Of a DNA stretch of 64,000 nt, positions 1 through 13,105 are shown piece after piece. A program made the position numbers and the translations under genes. Numbering within the stretch: the stretch's first letter is position 1; each line of letters begins with the position of its first letter. This stretch comes from Octopus sinensis (taxonomy: Eukaryota), in assembly GCF_006345805.1 (NCBI RefSeq), contig NC_042997.1, forward strand, positions 129,084,001 through 129,148,000, written 5' to 3'. The notes under the pieces were generated by a model. It ran no database searches. It worked only from the letters and a program-made list of their open reading frames with translations, and was not told the origin of the DNA.

Positions 1-1455
1 AATGAGGCAGGGCAACTATGATCGGTGACCTCGAGTTGGCCTATCTGCAGTTCCATGTACCAGAGATGTTGTGGAAGTTCCAACTAGTGAGGTAGAGAAG
101 CAGAATGTACTGCCTGACCCGACTGAGTTTTGACTTGAGTTAGTCACCGAAGATCATGGTGAAGGTCCTCAAGGCGATTTTGAGCAAAGAAGCCAAAGTG
201 GAGCAGGCTACCAGCTCATATATCAATGATGTCTTGGTAGATGAGAATGTGGCATCAGCAGAGGAAATCATGGACCATCTGAGGAGGTTCGAGCTGACAA
301 CAAAACTGCCAGAGGCTATAGAATGAGGTAGAAAGTGAGTAGGCTTGTGTTTCACAGAGGAAACGAGATCCCAAACCTAAATTGGAATATGAATAGGCGA
401 GAGCTGTTCTCAATGTGTGGGAAGTAGGTGGGTACTACTTTGTCACAGGATGGCTCTGAACAGCATGTAGCTATGTCAAATGGCGAGCAGAAGAAGTGAA
501 CTGGGGTAATAAAGTGGGAGAGAAGACGATGGTGATTATGTGAGAAGTCTTGGAGAAAGTGTGAGCAGAAGATACGTGCTTGGTACAAAGAAAGGGATCA
601 TGTGGTGCAACGCAAGCAGCATAGCATTAGGAGTAATGCTGGAAATAGGTGTTGAGGTGGGAGACACAGCATGGCTTAGGAAGAGGAATGACTAGAACCA
701 CATCAATGTAGCCAAATTGAAGGGCCTCAACCTAGCAATGAGATGGGGACTGCAAACTGTCGAGGTCTGGACTGATTCTGTCACAGTGCAAGGGTGGATG
801 GAGTCAGTGATCACCAACCGGAAGAGGATTCACATGAAAAGAGCTACTGAAATGGTGAGTAAGCATCACCTGGGAATCCTGAGGGAGCTAGCTGCATGTT
901 ATGTTCATGCCCTCAGAAAAGAATAAGGAAGATATGCTAACCAGAGTAATAAAGCATTGGTTGGAAAACAGAACTAAGAAGGCTGCACAACATGCACCAT
1001 ATGGGGGTCGACAGGACATTGTTTTTGGCTAGGACGGTCAACCCCAAGGTCACCAGGAAAGATTCAGATAGAGGAAGACTGGAAGAGGTTAGCCATTGAT
1101 GTAACGCACTATTGGGGAAAGGTGTACCTTTCAATGGTCAACTGTGGACCAGGGTGAATGGCTATATGGAGAATAATCAGGACGGAGACTGCTGCCAAAG
1201 TTACTGAAGTACTGAATGTGGTGTTCTTGGAAAGGTGACCATGATCAGTATTCTGAATAATGTACCAGTGGATGGAATGCTGTGTTATGTTCTGGATATT
1301 GAAAGGGTGATTAGCTCTTCTGATGATGAAGAGGAGGGGCAAGGCGACCTTGTGACCCTACAATCTCAAAGGTAATGTCGCCCCGACCCCCCATCCAGGT
1401 GGATGAGTGACTATGGGACAGAACAGGGGATCAGGGATCTTTTGAGTGGGGAGCG
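1..1455 (+). mobile_element. Degenerate Gypsy-like LTR retrotransposon pol (RT, RNase H, integrase), 3' part
   Basis: Manual translation gives RT SPKIMVKVLKAILSK..ATSSYINDVLVDE (YIDD-like), RNase H VEVWTDSVTVQGW, and integrase LAIDVTHYWGKVYLSMVNCGPG; many stops and frameshifts. Confidence 0.8.
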
Positions 1456-1652
1456 TGTAATGGAAGGAAGGCTAGAAAGGGGGAGAGATGACATCACGTC
1501 AGCGAGTGAGAAAGAAAGTTTCCCACTTTTTCACGCTCTCTGTGACAGAGGCTAGATGTGGCTGCAGAGAGGTTGTGATAACGTGTGTTAAGAATGAACA
1601 ATCTGCTGGCGGTACCCAATTGCAAGTCAGGGTTAGAATGACTCTATTTACA
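1456..1652 (+). repeat. Probable 3' LTR of the Gypsy-like element
   Basis: Purine-rich tract GAGTGGGGAGCG directly before TGTAAT at 1456; TTACA at 1648-1652 gives TG...CA termini; the 5' LTR lies outside the window. Confidence 0.45.
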
Positions 1653-1679
1653 TGCCTTTAAACCACAAGATGCTTTTAA

Positions 1680-1975
1680 CATTCCTTATCGGATATAGGA
1701 GAAATAGTTGAATCATTAATGGAGATGTTGCTAGTCTAGTTTACAGTTTTCCCTCATTTCAGAACCATATAAAAACATTTGCCCATACCAAACTTCAACC
1801 CTATATCCTTTACTCTCTTTTACTTGTTTCAGTCATTTGACTGTGGCCATGCTGGAGCACCACCTTTTAGTCAAGCAAATCGCCCCCGGGACTTATTCTT
1901 TGTAAGCCTAGTACTTATTCTATTGGACTCTTTCACCGAACTGCTAAGTGACATAAACACACCAGCATCGGTTGT

Positions 1976-2013
<38 letters not shown>

Positions 2014-2595
2014 CATATATACCACGGGCTTCTTTCAGTTTCCATCTACCAAATCCACTCACAAAGCTTTGGTCGACCCAAAGCTATAGTAGAAGACACT
2101 TGCCCAAGGTGCCATGCAGTGGGACTGAACCCGAAACCATGTGGCTGGTAAGCAAGCTACTTACCACACAGCTACTCCTACGCCTTTGCGAATGTTGTAA
2201 CCACATTAAGGACCGTTTTCATTTCATACATATTCCTGGCATTCAGTTTCAGGTCATCCACAAAGAAACTGTAATTTTAATACTTTTGTCTCCCTGTGAA
2301 CCAATGGGATACTCCTTAGACTTCCTCAGCATAAATGACAAGGGGTTTACTGAAAGTATGAACACCATCACAGAGAGGCTGTCTTCTCTTTGATATTGCA
2401 TTTTACCAATGATAATACTATCACTTCTTGTATTTAACTTCAAGGTGGGGTCCAGGATAAAGAGTCAGGTCAAATATAGCTTTGATTATGCATTCTGGAA
2501 CTTTAGGAAGTCAAAGACTTTTAGCTTCTATGTGTGGGTACAGAGCGGAAAGGCTTTCCATATCTGAGATATCTAGATTATGAATGTATGTACAT
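1680..2595 (-). mobile_element. R4/Dong-like non-LTR RT fragment, interrupted by a SINE
   Basis: ORF 2249-2443: YQREDSLSVMVFILSVNPLSFML..KITVSLW(DD). Confidence 0.65.
1811..2184 (-). mobile_element. tRNA-derived SINE (family S1, CORE-like CACCTTGGGCAAGT motif)
   Basis: Minus-strand head GGCGTAGGAGTAGCTGTGTGGTAAG, B-box-like GGTTCAGTCCC, internal (TG)n/(TA)n, AAAGAGTA tail; many copies in the window. Confidence 0.85.
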
Positions 2596-3262
2596 ACTTC
2601 TCTATTCCACTCGAAAACATATGTTTGAATGATTGTAGCTGAAACATGATTGGTTAGAATACAGGGCAAGTCATCTGATGTGCTGTGGTCTATTTCTCAA
2701 TTCTGGGCTAACACAGTTTCAATTCTAAGCTTTGTTACAGTACTAACCCAACAATGAATAAGCAAACAAAAATAAAATGGTAGCAAAATCATTGCAATGC
2801 CAAAGAACAATGACATGTCATGTGGATGTTATAATGTGTAAAACTGGGAAAAGAAAGACATCATAAAATAAATTACACAGAGAAATGAAATGGAGGTATA
2901 GAATAAGGCGTTGCGCAGAATGTTAATTGCTGAAATTTACAGGGCCACAAAACGTCAACATAAATAAAACTTGCACAAAATTGTGTACAAAAAATAAGTA
3001 TCACAAGATAGAGAACAGCTCATATACATTTGAATAAAGTCTAAATTGTAAAATTCTAATTGGTAATACATCAGTTAAGCCAAGTATTGAATTACAAAAT
3101 ACAGAAACAAAAAGACATGTAGCAAAATCAAAGCAAATAGGATTTTGTAGATATTTAGTGTTCGTATATGCAAAATTGAGCTGAAATGAGAAAAAGTTCA
3201 TGTACTGTCTTAGGAATGAAAGTTTTAAAAACAGTGCAGTGTTTGCGTTCTGCTTATATATA

Positions 3263-3605
3263 CAGGGTGTTCCAGAAGTCTTGGGCACATTCGGACATTG
3301 AATATCTCGAAAACTATTAAGGACATAAAAATGCATCTGATATATTCTGAAAGCCTGCAATTTCAAGTTTTTTTATGGAATGTTCAAAGATGTTCAATGT
3401 GAGCACCGTTGGTCACACGGCACACATCAAGCCAATAATCCAATAGGAAACTGTAAGAGAGATGCTGACTGCATTGAACCATTTAAACAGATTTTTATAG
3501 TGAGGTCTTCTGCTGATATGCACACATCCTTTTATCTGATGATTCGTTGCATAAGAATCATGCAACTCTTTTGGGCATATATTCACAGTTATCAAACTAG
3601 AAATC
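3263..3605 (-). mobile_element. Tc1/mariner 3' end fragment
   Basis: TA|CAGGGTGTTCCAGAAGTC terminus; minus strand encodes the typical transposase C-terminus DYWLDVCRVTNGAHIEHL*. Confidence 0.75.
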
Positions 3606-3609
3606 TTTC

Positions 3610-4100
3610 TTGAGTTCTCCCTCATTTCAGAACCATACTTGATCATTTATCCTGACCAAACTACAGCCCCATATCCTTTGAGAATGTTATAACCTTTTTT
3701 TAATTTCTTTTTTGATTTCATGCATATTCCTGACATACAGTTTCAAGTCATCCGCAAGGAAGCAATGTGTAATTTTGGTATTTCTGCCTCCCTGTGAACC
3801 AATGAAATACTCCTCAGACTTCTTCGACATAAATGGCAAGGGATTTACTGAAAGTATGAATGCCTTCACAGAGAGGTTGTCTCCTCTGCAATATGGCATT
3901 TTATCAGTGTTAATACAATCACTCCTTGTAGTTAATTCAATATAGTGGCCCAAGATGGTGAATCAGGTTAGATATGGCTTTGATTATGCATTCTGGATCT
4001 TTAGCAAGTCAAAGGGTTTCTAGCATCCACATGTGGGTACAGAGTCAAAGGCTTTCCATATCTGAGATATCTTGATTATGAATGCATGTACATATGTGAA
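3610..4100 (-). mobile_element. Second R4/Dong-like RT fragment, paralogous to 1680-2595
   Basis: ORF 3687-3953: YCRGDNLSVKAFILSVNPLPFM..ITHCFLADDLKLY. Confidence 0.7.
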
Positions 4101-4120
4101 AATATAAATAAATATATATA

Positions 4121-4275
4121 GGTGCAGGATTGGCAGTGTGGTAAGTAGCTTGCTTACCAACCACATGGTTCTGGGTTCAGTCCCCCCACTGTGTAGTATC
4201 TTGGACAAGTGTCTTCTACTATAGCCTCAGGCCGACCTAAGCCTTGTGAGTGGATTTGAAACTGAAAGAAGCCTG

Positions 4276-4335
<60 letters not shown>

Positions 4336-5335
4336 AGGCCTCTCGCTCAGAACAAAAGGCAGACTGTATGACGCATGTGTACAAACAGCCATGCTACATG
4401 GCAGTGAAACATGGGCCGTGACTGCTGAGGATATGCGTAAGCTCGCAAGAAATGAAGCCAGTATGCTCCGATGCATGTGTAATGTCAGTGTTCATACTCG
4501 ACAGAGTGTAAGTACCTTGAGAGAAAAGTTGGACCTAAGAAGCATCAGTTGTGGTGTGCAAGAGAGACGTTTGCACTGGTATGGTCATGTGATGAGAATG
4601 GCTGAAGATAGTTGTGTGAAAAAGTGCCACACCCTGGCAGTTGAGGGAACCTATGGAAGAGGTAGACCCAGGAAGACCTGGGACAAGCTGGTGAAGAACA
4701 ACCTTCGAACTTTAGGTCTCACCGAGGAAATGACCAGAGACTGAGACCTTTGGAAGTATGCTGTGCGTGGAAAAACTCGGCAGGACGAGTGAGACTATAA
4801 CCCGTGGCCTCTACCTGGTAGAGGCCACGGGTTATAGTCTCACTCGTCTGGCCCCCGTGCCGGTGGCACGTAAAAAGCACCATCCGATTGTGGCCGTTTG
4901 CCAGCCTTGTCTGACACCTGTGCAGGTGGCACATAAAAAGCACCCACTACACTCATGGAGTGGTTGGCGTTAGGAAGGGCATCCAGCTGTAGAAACACTG
5001 CCAGATCAGACTGGGCCTGGCGCAGCCTCCTGGCTTCCCAGACCCCAGTTGACCCATCCAACCCATGCTAGCATGGAAAACGGACGTTAAACGATGATTA
5101 TGATGATGATGTGTGTGTGTGTATATGTTTGTATGTCTGTGTTTGTCCCCCTGCCCCCAAATCTCTTGACATGCGATGCTGATACTTTTACATACCCATA
5201 ACTAAACAGTTTGACAAAAGAGACCAATAGAATAAGTACTAGGCTTACAAAGAATAAGTGCTGGGGTCGATTTGCTCAACTAAAGGCAGTGCTCCAGCAT
5301 GGCTGCAGTCAAATGACTGAAACAAATAAAAGAAT
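4121..5335 (+). mobile_element. S1 SINE split in two (4121-4335 and 5111-5335) by an RTE insertion in its internal microsatellite
   Basis: 5' half GGTGCAGG..GTGGTAAGTAGCTTGC ends in (TA)n; 3' half resumes with (TG)n and ends AAATGACTGAAACAAATAAAAGAAT. Confidence 0.75.
4336..5110 (+). mobile_element. 5'-truncated RTE-clade LINE (RT C-terminus, 3' UTR, (GAT)n tail)
   Basis: ORF 4391-4744: LHGSETWAVT..RRLHWYGHVMRM..GRGRPRKTW; GTGCCGGTGGCAC hairpin modules; GATGAT tail. Confidence 0.9.
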
Positions 5336-5611
5336 GATTATAAGTAGAGAGAAGGAAAAGGAAACAGTGTATATAGAAACATGAGAGTTACATTTAATCG
5401 AGATATCTCAGATGTGAAGCAATCATCAAAACATCTGTAGAAATGCTATAGAAAGTTTATCCTAGCTTCTGTCACAATTATAGAAGCCATGAGTGGCTTT
5501 CTAAATGTGTTGTCTAACTTCCTAAAATATGCATTGTGCAAGTTATTCATGCAACCATCATTCAATAGATGCTAGTCCAATCCAGATGGCACAACTCAGT
5601 TCACACTTGTA

Positions 5612-5911
5612 AAAAAAAAACGATAAATGTTGCCCTTTTCAAGCCTAGACAGGCTCATGGGCCCAGTTTCTGTGGTGTATGTATTCCCCCCAGCTGGATA
5701 GGACACCAGTCCATCGCAGTGTTACTCAAGTAACAGGAAGAGAGAGTGAGAGAAAGTTGTGGCGAAAGAGTACAACAGGGGTCACCACCACCCCCTACTG
5801 GAGCCTCGTGGAGCTTTTTAGGTGTTTTCGCACAATAATCACACACAATGCCCGGTCTGGGAATCGAAACCGCAAGTCCGCTGCCCTAACCACTGGGCCA
5901 TTGCGCCCCCG
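5612..5911 (-). mobile_element. tRNA-derived SINE (family S3) with 15-bp TSD
   Basis: TSD CAGTTCACACTTGTA at 5597-5611 and 5912-5926; minus-strand head GGGGGCGCAATGGCCCAGTGGTTAGGG with B-box GGTTTCGATTCCC. Confidence 0.85.
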
Positions 5912-6092
5912 CAGTTCACACTTGTAGCTGACATTAATAGTGCTGCCAACAATTTAATAGGGTTTCTCAATTTTCTTCGGACTTTTACAGTTCAACTGCA
6001 ACATTTTCAACTGAAAATATAAACATCCATTATATTCGTATGGAATTTAGATCCACCAAATCACTGTAACAGTACTAGACTAGTTTTTTTTC

Positions 6093-6452
6093 TTTTTTCA
6101 CTTGTTTCAGTCATTTGACTGTGGCCATGCTGGAGCACCGCCTTTAGTTGAACAAATCGACCCCAGGACTTATTCTTTGTAAGCCTAGTACTTATTCTAT
6201 CAGTCACTTTTGTCGAACCGCTAAGTTACGGGGACGTGAACACACCAACATTGGTTGTCAAGCGATGTTGGGAGACAAACACACACATACCACAGGCTTC
6301 TTTCAGTTTCCATCTACCAAATCCACTCACAAAGCTTTGGTCGGCCACAGGCTATAGTACAAGACACTTGCCCAAGGTGTCACACAGTGGGACTGAACCC
6401 GGAGCCATGTGGTTGGTAAGCAAGCTACTTACCACACAGCCACTCCTGCGCC
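6093..6452 (-). mobile_element. S1 SINE
   Basis: Collinear with 1811-2184. Confidence 0.85.
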
Positions 6453-6627
6453 TAGTTCTTAGATTCTTATACCCTAAGTGATCAAATCTGTCATTGTGAT
6501 TGATTGTGGCAAAGGAGAGGTATTCATTTCATGGATTTCTCTTATTTCATCAGATAAGCCATCTCATTTTAAACATTTTCAGTGTCTAATGTCACTGTCA
6601 TTTTCTATGATCATTAATATGTCTCAG

Positions 6628-6746
6628 GGGTAGTCCCTCCCTCAGAGTTACTGGAGTTGAAGCAACAATTTTGTGCTCCTCTTTTAGAGTCAGTTCTATT
6701 TTCATGCTCAGTGTTGGGCTATGAGCACCAAACCACAGAAGAAAAG
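6628..6746 (+). CDS. Candidate isolated coding exon, product unidentified
   Basis: tctcag|GG GTA.. open frame VVPPSELLELKQQFCAPLLESVLFSCSVLGYEHQTTEEK|gtgtct (weak donor); lies outside recognisable repeats. Confidence 0.25.
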
Positions 6747-7499
6747 GTGTCTACTGTAGAGCTCTTGTTGAATAAAACACATTTAACACATTTCTGGTGT
6801 TGTTTTATGTGTTGCATATCAATTGAAAATTACAAGATAATATACAAAATTAAACATAAAAATAACTTTCTCCTAAGTTATAAACTTAAAGTTATCCTGA
6901 ACAGTTTCAAAAGTTTCACACATCAGAGAAACTTGGAAAAATTCAGCAATTTCATTTATCTGCATTACATTTATATGTGTGTGTGTGTGTACACGCTTGG
7001 TGCTCCATCATGGCCACAGTCAAATGACTGAAACAAGTAAAAGAGCCTCTGAACTTTTCAGCTGACCCTCATAAAAATCTTGTGATAAGTTAAATCATTT
7101 TAGTTTAACAAAAAAACTATTTCTACATGTTCACTACCCGAGCAATGCTGGGTACTTCCACAAGTTATATAATTAATGTAGTTGTTACTTAATACTACTG
7201 TGACAGATCAACTTAAATACAACAAACAGGAGAGAGGGAGAGATAGAAGAGACAAAGAGAGTGTGAGAAAAAGCTGAAACTATTCATTAACATATCAATG
7301 CTATCACATGTCAAATCGTGATGAACTGATTTAATGTTGTTTAAACTCAAAAGAATCACAAACTTTTACTCTCACAAAACTAATAATATAGATCTATGAG
7401 GTTACGTTGTTGTATAGTCACAGGTTACTTCTAATCAGCATGTAGGTAGTTGGTTTTGTATAATAATAATAATAATAATAATGTAGGTAGTTGGTCTTG

Positions 7500-8791
7500 T
7501 ATATTAATAATAATAATAATAATAATAATAAGCTTATTGTATTTAGTGCTCACAAACACTATAGCTCATCAGAAAAGTAGCCAAAAATGTATGTACAGTG
7601 CAGAGAATAATGCACAAAAAGACAGGAAAATGAACAGTGAATGGCTCATGGGTGGATGTTGTCTACCTTGACTTTGCTAAGGCTTTCAACTCTGTGCCAC
7701 ACAAAAGGCTTATGGTGAAACTCTCTGCAATGGGTGTGGGGGATGACCTTTTTAACTGGTTGAAATCCTTCATCCTCAGCCGAAAGGAGGTAGTCACAGT
7801 TCTAGGACAGCACTCTACACCATATGAGATGTCATCGGGTGTACCACAGGGATCTGTCCTTGGTCCCCTCTTGTTTGTGGCATACATTAACGACATAGAT
7901 GCCAATTTAAAGAATGCCACAGTATTGAAATATGCAGACGACATCAAGCTGTACCTTGAAATCAAGAGGACAGATCCTGATGTCTACAACTCTTTCCTGC
8001 AATCAGACCTAGACACAATGCAGCAATGGATCACAGACTGGCAACTGAAACTGGCTGTGGACAAGTGTACCACCATGCATTTTGGGAGAAAAAACCCTGC
8101 GTTCACATACTCCCTCCACAACACTGATATCAAGAAATCCTCTTGCGAGCGTGACCTAGGCATCACTGTCAGCAGTGATTTGCGTTGGTCAAAGCATATC
8201 TCTAAGATTGTCAGGAAGGCCGAGGGTGTCTTGGCATCACTCAGTAGGTCTTTTGTTAGCCACTCTCCAGCCATCTATTTAAAACTGTATACAGCTATGG
8301 TACGACCACACTTGGAATTCGCATCATCAGTTTGGAACCCCTATCTTGCACAGAACATTGACCTCCTGGAATCTGTCCAGAGACGTGCAACCAAACGCAT
8401 ACCCTCCATCAGACACCTACCATATTCTGAGCGCCTTGTTTCCTGGGCATGGATTCACTGAAGCTCCGGCGTTTGGCGACGGACTTGGTAAACACCCACA
8501 AAGTTATCAACCACCTCACCAACAACAACACTGAACACCTTTTTGATCTCCATGTGTCTAACACACGTGGACATGCCTACAAAGTCAAAAAACAATACAG
8601 CTCCCATGACTTTCGGAAACATTTTTTCACGCTCAGAGTTGCTGAAGCATGGAATAAACTGCCTGCGTCAGTTGTTGACTGCCATGACACTGCATCTTTT
8701 AAGGCCCTCATGCTTTCCGAAATCCGCCGGAACTACACCTGATTATATATACACTTTAGATGAGTTGTAGTGCACCTGAGCACTGTACACA

Positions 8792-8823
<32 letters not shown>

Positions 8824-11290
8824 AAGGAGCATCACATGCAGCGTTGGTATATTTCGGGAAGCATGAAAGTTTTGAAGAGTGTAGTGTCCTGACAGCTAAC
8901 AACTGATGTGTGTAGTTTATTCCAAGCTTCAACCATTCTGAGCATGAAAAAATTGCTTTCAAAAGTCATGGGCACTGTACTGTTTTCTGATTTTGTAAGC
9001 ATAACTATGGGTGTTAGACACATGGAATTCAAAAGGTTCCCACGGTTGTTGCTGGAAAGATGGTTGATAATCTTGTGTGTATCTACCAAGTCAGATGCTT
9101 CTCAGCAGAGTTTTAATGTGTCCATATGCAAGAATGCAAAATGTTCAGAATATGGTAGATGCCTGATAGCTGGTATTCAGCTGGTTGCAAGTTTCTGAAC
9201 AGTTTCGAGAAGATTCATATGCTGAGCAAGACAGGGTTTCCAGACTGGTGATGCAAACTCTAAGTGTGGATGTAACATAGTCATATACAGCTTTAAATAA
9301 ATAACTAGAGAGTGGCTGACAAAGGTCTTACTGATTAACCCTAAGATACCCTTGGTCTTCTTGATAATTTTAGAAATGTGGTTGTCCAAGGCAAATCGCT
9401 GTTGGTAATAACACCCAGGTCACGTTTGCTAGCAGACTTCTTAAGACTGGTGTTGTGGAGGGAGTATGTAAAAACTGGATTTTTTCCTCTCAAAATGTAT
9501 GGTTGCACTTGTCCACTCCCAACTTGAGTTGTTAGTCAGTAATCCATTGCTGCATCATGTCCAGGTCTGATTGTTGGAAAGATCTATAGCATTTAGGATT
9601 TGTTCTTTTTATCTCCAGGTACAGCTTGATGTTATCTGCATATTTCAACTCTGTAACATTCTTCAAGTTGGCATCTATGTCATTAATATATGCAACAAAC
9701 AACAGGGGCCCAAGAACAAATCTCTATGGTACACCAGATGCTATCTCATAGGATGCAGACTATCATCCTAGAACCGTCACAACCCCTCTTCAACTGACAA
9801 TGAAGGCCTTCAGCCAGTTTATAAAGATAATCTCTCACACCCACTGCAAAGAGTTTTATCTTAGGTCATTTGTGTGGCACAGAATTAAAGGCTTTAGAAA
9901 AGTCAAGATAAATAACATCCACACATGAGCCACCATCACCATCATGGATTTGATTGATGTCTTCAAGAAAATGTGTTGGCCACAGCAGCTAGAGTTAGGG
10001 AGAAATCAAAATTGTGAGGGTCAAATAAGTTGTGAGAGTTTCAGAAGTTCTACAGTGTTTCTCTAACACAGGACTCTATCAGTTAGGTGACGGAGCTAGT
10101 AAGACTGACTGGACAGTAGTTGACAAGTGATGTGTGATCACCCTTTTTTGGACAAGGTGAACACAGTTAAGGCAGAATTGGGAGAAGAATGAAGGCTGGT
10201 GCAAAAGAAATAGCCTGCCATATTTGAGAAGATAAGTAACACCATTAAAACCAAGAAAGGCATAGTTGTACTTTTTCTTGAGGTGGTGTCACAGCATTTC
10301 AGGTGTAAATTCCACATATTCTAGAATTTACTGTCAGAGGTAATGAAAATGGTACATTGGGATTTTCAACAGTAAAAATGCAGCATAGCATTCAGTGCTA
10401 AGTTCTGCACACTCTTAGGTATCATCAATAATCTAACCTGTGTGGGGATTGTGAAAAGGGTCAACTGGAGAGTGAGGCTTCTGTTTCAAACATACATATT
10501 TACAGATCACTTTGGCTGCTATATGTAATTCCAACTCAAGCACTGCCTTTTTAGTCACCTACTTGAGATTGTTAGATTATCTGTGGCACCTTCTTCTATT
10601 ATCTTCTGTTCTATGTAGTCTGTATTCCTGTTCAACATCACAGCATTCTTCCCTGGCAAGTTGGACTACTACAGTGTACCAAATCACACTTTTGAGATTT
10701 TACAGCAATTGCATGGTACTTAATGCTTCACATGCAGCCCAGATTGAATTGAAGATGCTCTAAAGTGCAGTATTGACATCTCTGGAATCATAAACTCAAG
10801 CCAGTTTGGTATTGTAACTTGATGTGGTAACAGTTCCAGTTTGCTTTGTTCCAGTCAAAGTGAGCAGTTTGGAGGTGGTGATGGTTTTTGTTTCTAGTTG
10901 TTAGAAGCAGATTGGCTATGATCATAGCATGATCAGATTAGTCCAAAAGTTCCTCAGTATGGCATTGATACCCATTTCAGGAGTAATGCTAAAGAGCAGA
11001 TCCAAAGTGTTGTCACCTCTTGTGGGGGAAGTGACTACTTGGGACAGCTTGAATCCAGCACTAAATCAAGGAAATCATTTGCACTTTGCAGCCAAATAAA
11101 GATCTCCCAGTCAATCTCAGGGTAATTGATGTCCCAGCAATGAAAACATAAGTGGTGGTTTTCCTAGATGCAGCTCTGAAGATGTCAAAATGTTTTGTGC
11201 TTTGATAGTGGTTTGAGGAGCAGTAAACGACTCCAGTTAGAAGTGTTGATATGCTTATACTTATATCACAGAAAAATAATTCCTGTGGTT
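7500..11290 (-). mobile_element. Old CR1-clade LINE (APE endonuclease, RT, 3' UTR), interrupted by a younger CR1
   Basis: Minus-strand remnants NYPEIDW, VTSPTRGDNTLDLLFS, HPHLEFASPVWKP, EAWNKL; its 3' UTR and (ATT)n tail lie at about 7500-7600. Confidence 0.8.
7630..8821 (+). mobile_element. 5'-truncated CR1-clade LINE, RT nearly intact (one frameshift near 8449)
   Basis: ORFs 7637-8461 (YLDFAKAF, GVPQGSVLGPLLF, KYADDIKLY) and 8449-8742; 3' UTR followed by (ATT)n at 8791-8821. Confidence 0.92.
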
Positions 11291-12269
11291 TGATTTCCCA
11301 TTAACTGCTAAACCTGTTGAAGGAAAACAGTTCAGTTATCCCTTTATCTCCTGTTTAGGCAACAAAATTATGGATCCTAACCCATTTTTTCAGATTGAAT
11401 AATTGAACAAATGAATAAAGCTGGTTGTTGTTTAGGTCATCCTTGATGGATCAGACCAATAGTTAAAGGTATTCAAGCCATGATCCACCCAGTTTTATTT
11501 TTTATTCACATCTTTATTTTATATATTTTTTATCTTTCAGAAATAGGGTACCCTGGACTCAATACTGTCTTAGGGTACATGTTATAGTTGCTGCAACACT
11601 CGGGCCTAGGAGGTCCAAGACCCCATGAACCGCCTTGTTGAGGGACAATTTCATCTTATTCTGATAGGATTGCAACCCACTTCATTAGTATATAACTCAG
11701 GCCTATGAGTAACTAAAGATATCTCTACTGCATTACAGACTATATTCTTCCTATCTTCTTAATACAGTAGGGCGTGGTTTAAGAGAGAGTTGGTTGTTAT
11801 TTCAACCATATAGGAGTTCCCTCGTTGTGTGTTCCACATAATGTCCACACAATAGCACTCCCATTCCATTTGACTACTGTTGTGTTCATGGTAACAGTGT
11901 GTGGGTGAATACTTTGAAGTAGACAAAGGTTGCTACTATCTTACAGGTGTTAATGTTAACTATGTGTGAATAAAAGTTATTTTTGTCAAAGTGAAGCATA
12001 GCATTTTATTGTAAATTCAACTATATTAACTTGATACTTGGTTGTCTAGTGTCAAACTGACTTTCTGAACCTTCACCAACTGCTACATGTACAGTGTCAG
12101 GGGGTATATTGCATATATATATATATATATATATAAATTTAATTAGAGGATATGTTAACCTTGTGAAGGGATGGTTGCATCCAAGGAAATACTGGTTCAA
12201 TACCTAGTATTTGGGGGGAATGAAATTCCCTTAAAATAATAGGTATGTATTATGCATATAGTTTATATC

Positions 12270-12605
12270 CAGTTAAAAGAAAACAGAAGTAAGGAAGTTA
12301 ACAATTATTTATTATTAACAAATTGGTCATCTTTGCTTCTTACAGTCATTCCAATTAATACTCAATTATTTAATTACAAATTTCAGTCTGCTGAAATGAA
12401 TTGATAGGTCCACATAATAACATCCCAAGGTATACCATTTTTCTCTGATGAAATTATGCTCATGTCACAGAAATTCAAATTTAATGTACAAATTTGTAAT
12501 TAAATTATTGAGTATTCATTGAAACGGCTGTATGAAATGAAGATGACCAATTTGTTAATAATAATTGTTAACTTTCTTATCTTCATATTCTTTTCATCTT
12601 TCAAC

Positions 12606-12606
<1 letters not shown>
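12270..12606. mobile_element. MITE-like element with about 110-bp inverted arms
   Basis: AAGTTAACAATTATTTATTATTAACAAATTGGTCATCTT..AATACTCAATTATTTAATTACAAATTT is mirrored by its reverse complement at about 12490-12600. Confidence 0.7.
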
Positions 12607-12630
<24 letters not shown>

Positions 12631-12637
<7 letters not shown>

Positions 12638-13105
12638 AAAAATTCAGGGTGAATACTTGATAACTGTAAGCACCTGTATGTGCCAGCTAGTGGTGTAGGT
12701 AATAGGATATATTTATCAAAAGAAAAAATAGGATGCAAAGGATTTTGCGGTACATATGTTTCTGGCTTTATATAAATTTATATAAATTGCTCAATAAAGC
12801 CAGAAACATATGTACCGCAAAATCCTTTGCATCCTGTTTTTTCTTTTGATAAATATATATATATATATTATATATATATATATATATATGTACAAAAAAT
12901 TCAGGGTGAATACTTGATAACTGTAAGCACCTGTATGTGCCAGCTAGTGGTGTAGGTAATAGGATATATTTATCAAAAGAAAAAATAGGATGCAAAGGAT
13001 TTTGCGGTACATATGTTTCTGGCTTTATATAAATTTATATAAATTGCTCAATAAAGCCAGAAACATATGTACCGCAAAATCCTTTGCATCCTGTTTTTTC
13101 TTTTG

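Noticed and set aside
3001-3366. 121-aa minus-strand ORF
   Set aside because: Starts inside a Tc1/mariner end and continues in AT-rich sequence with no recognisable motif.
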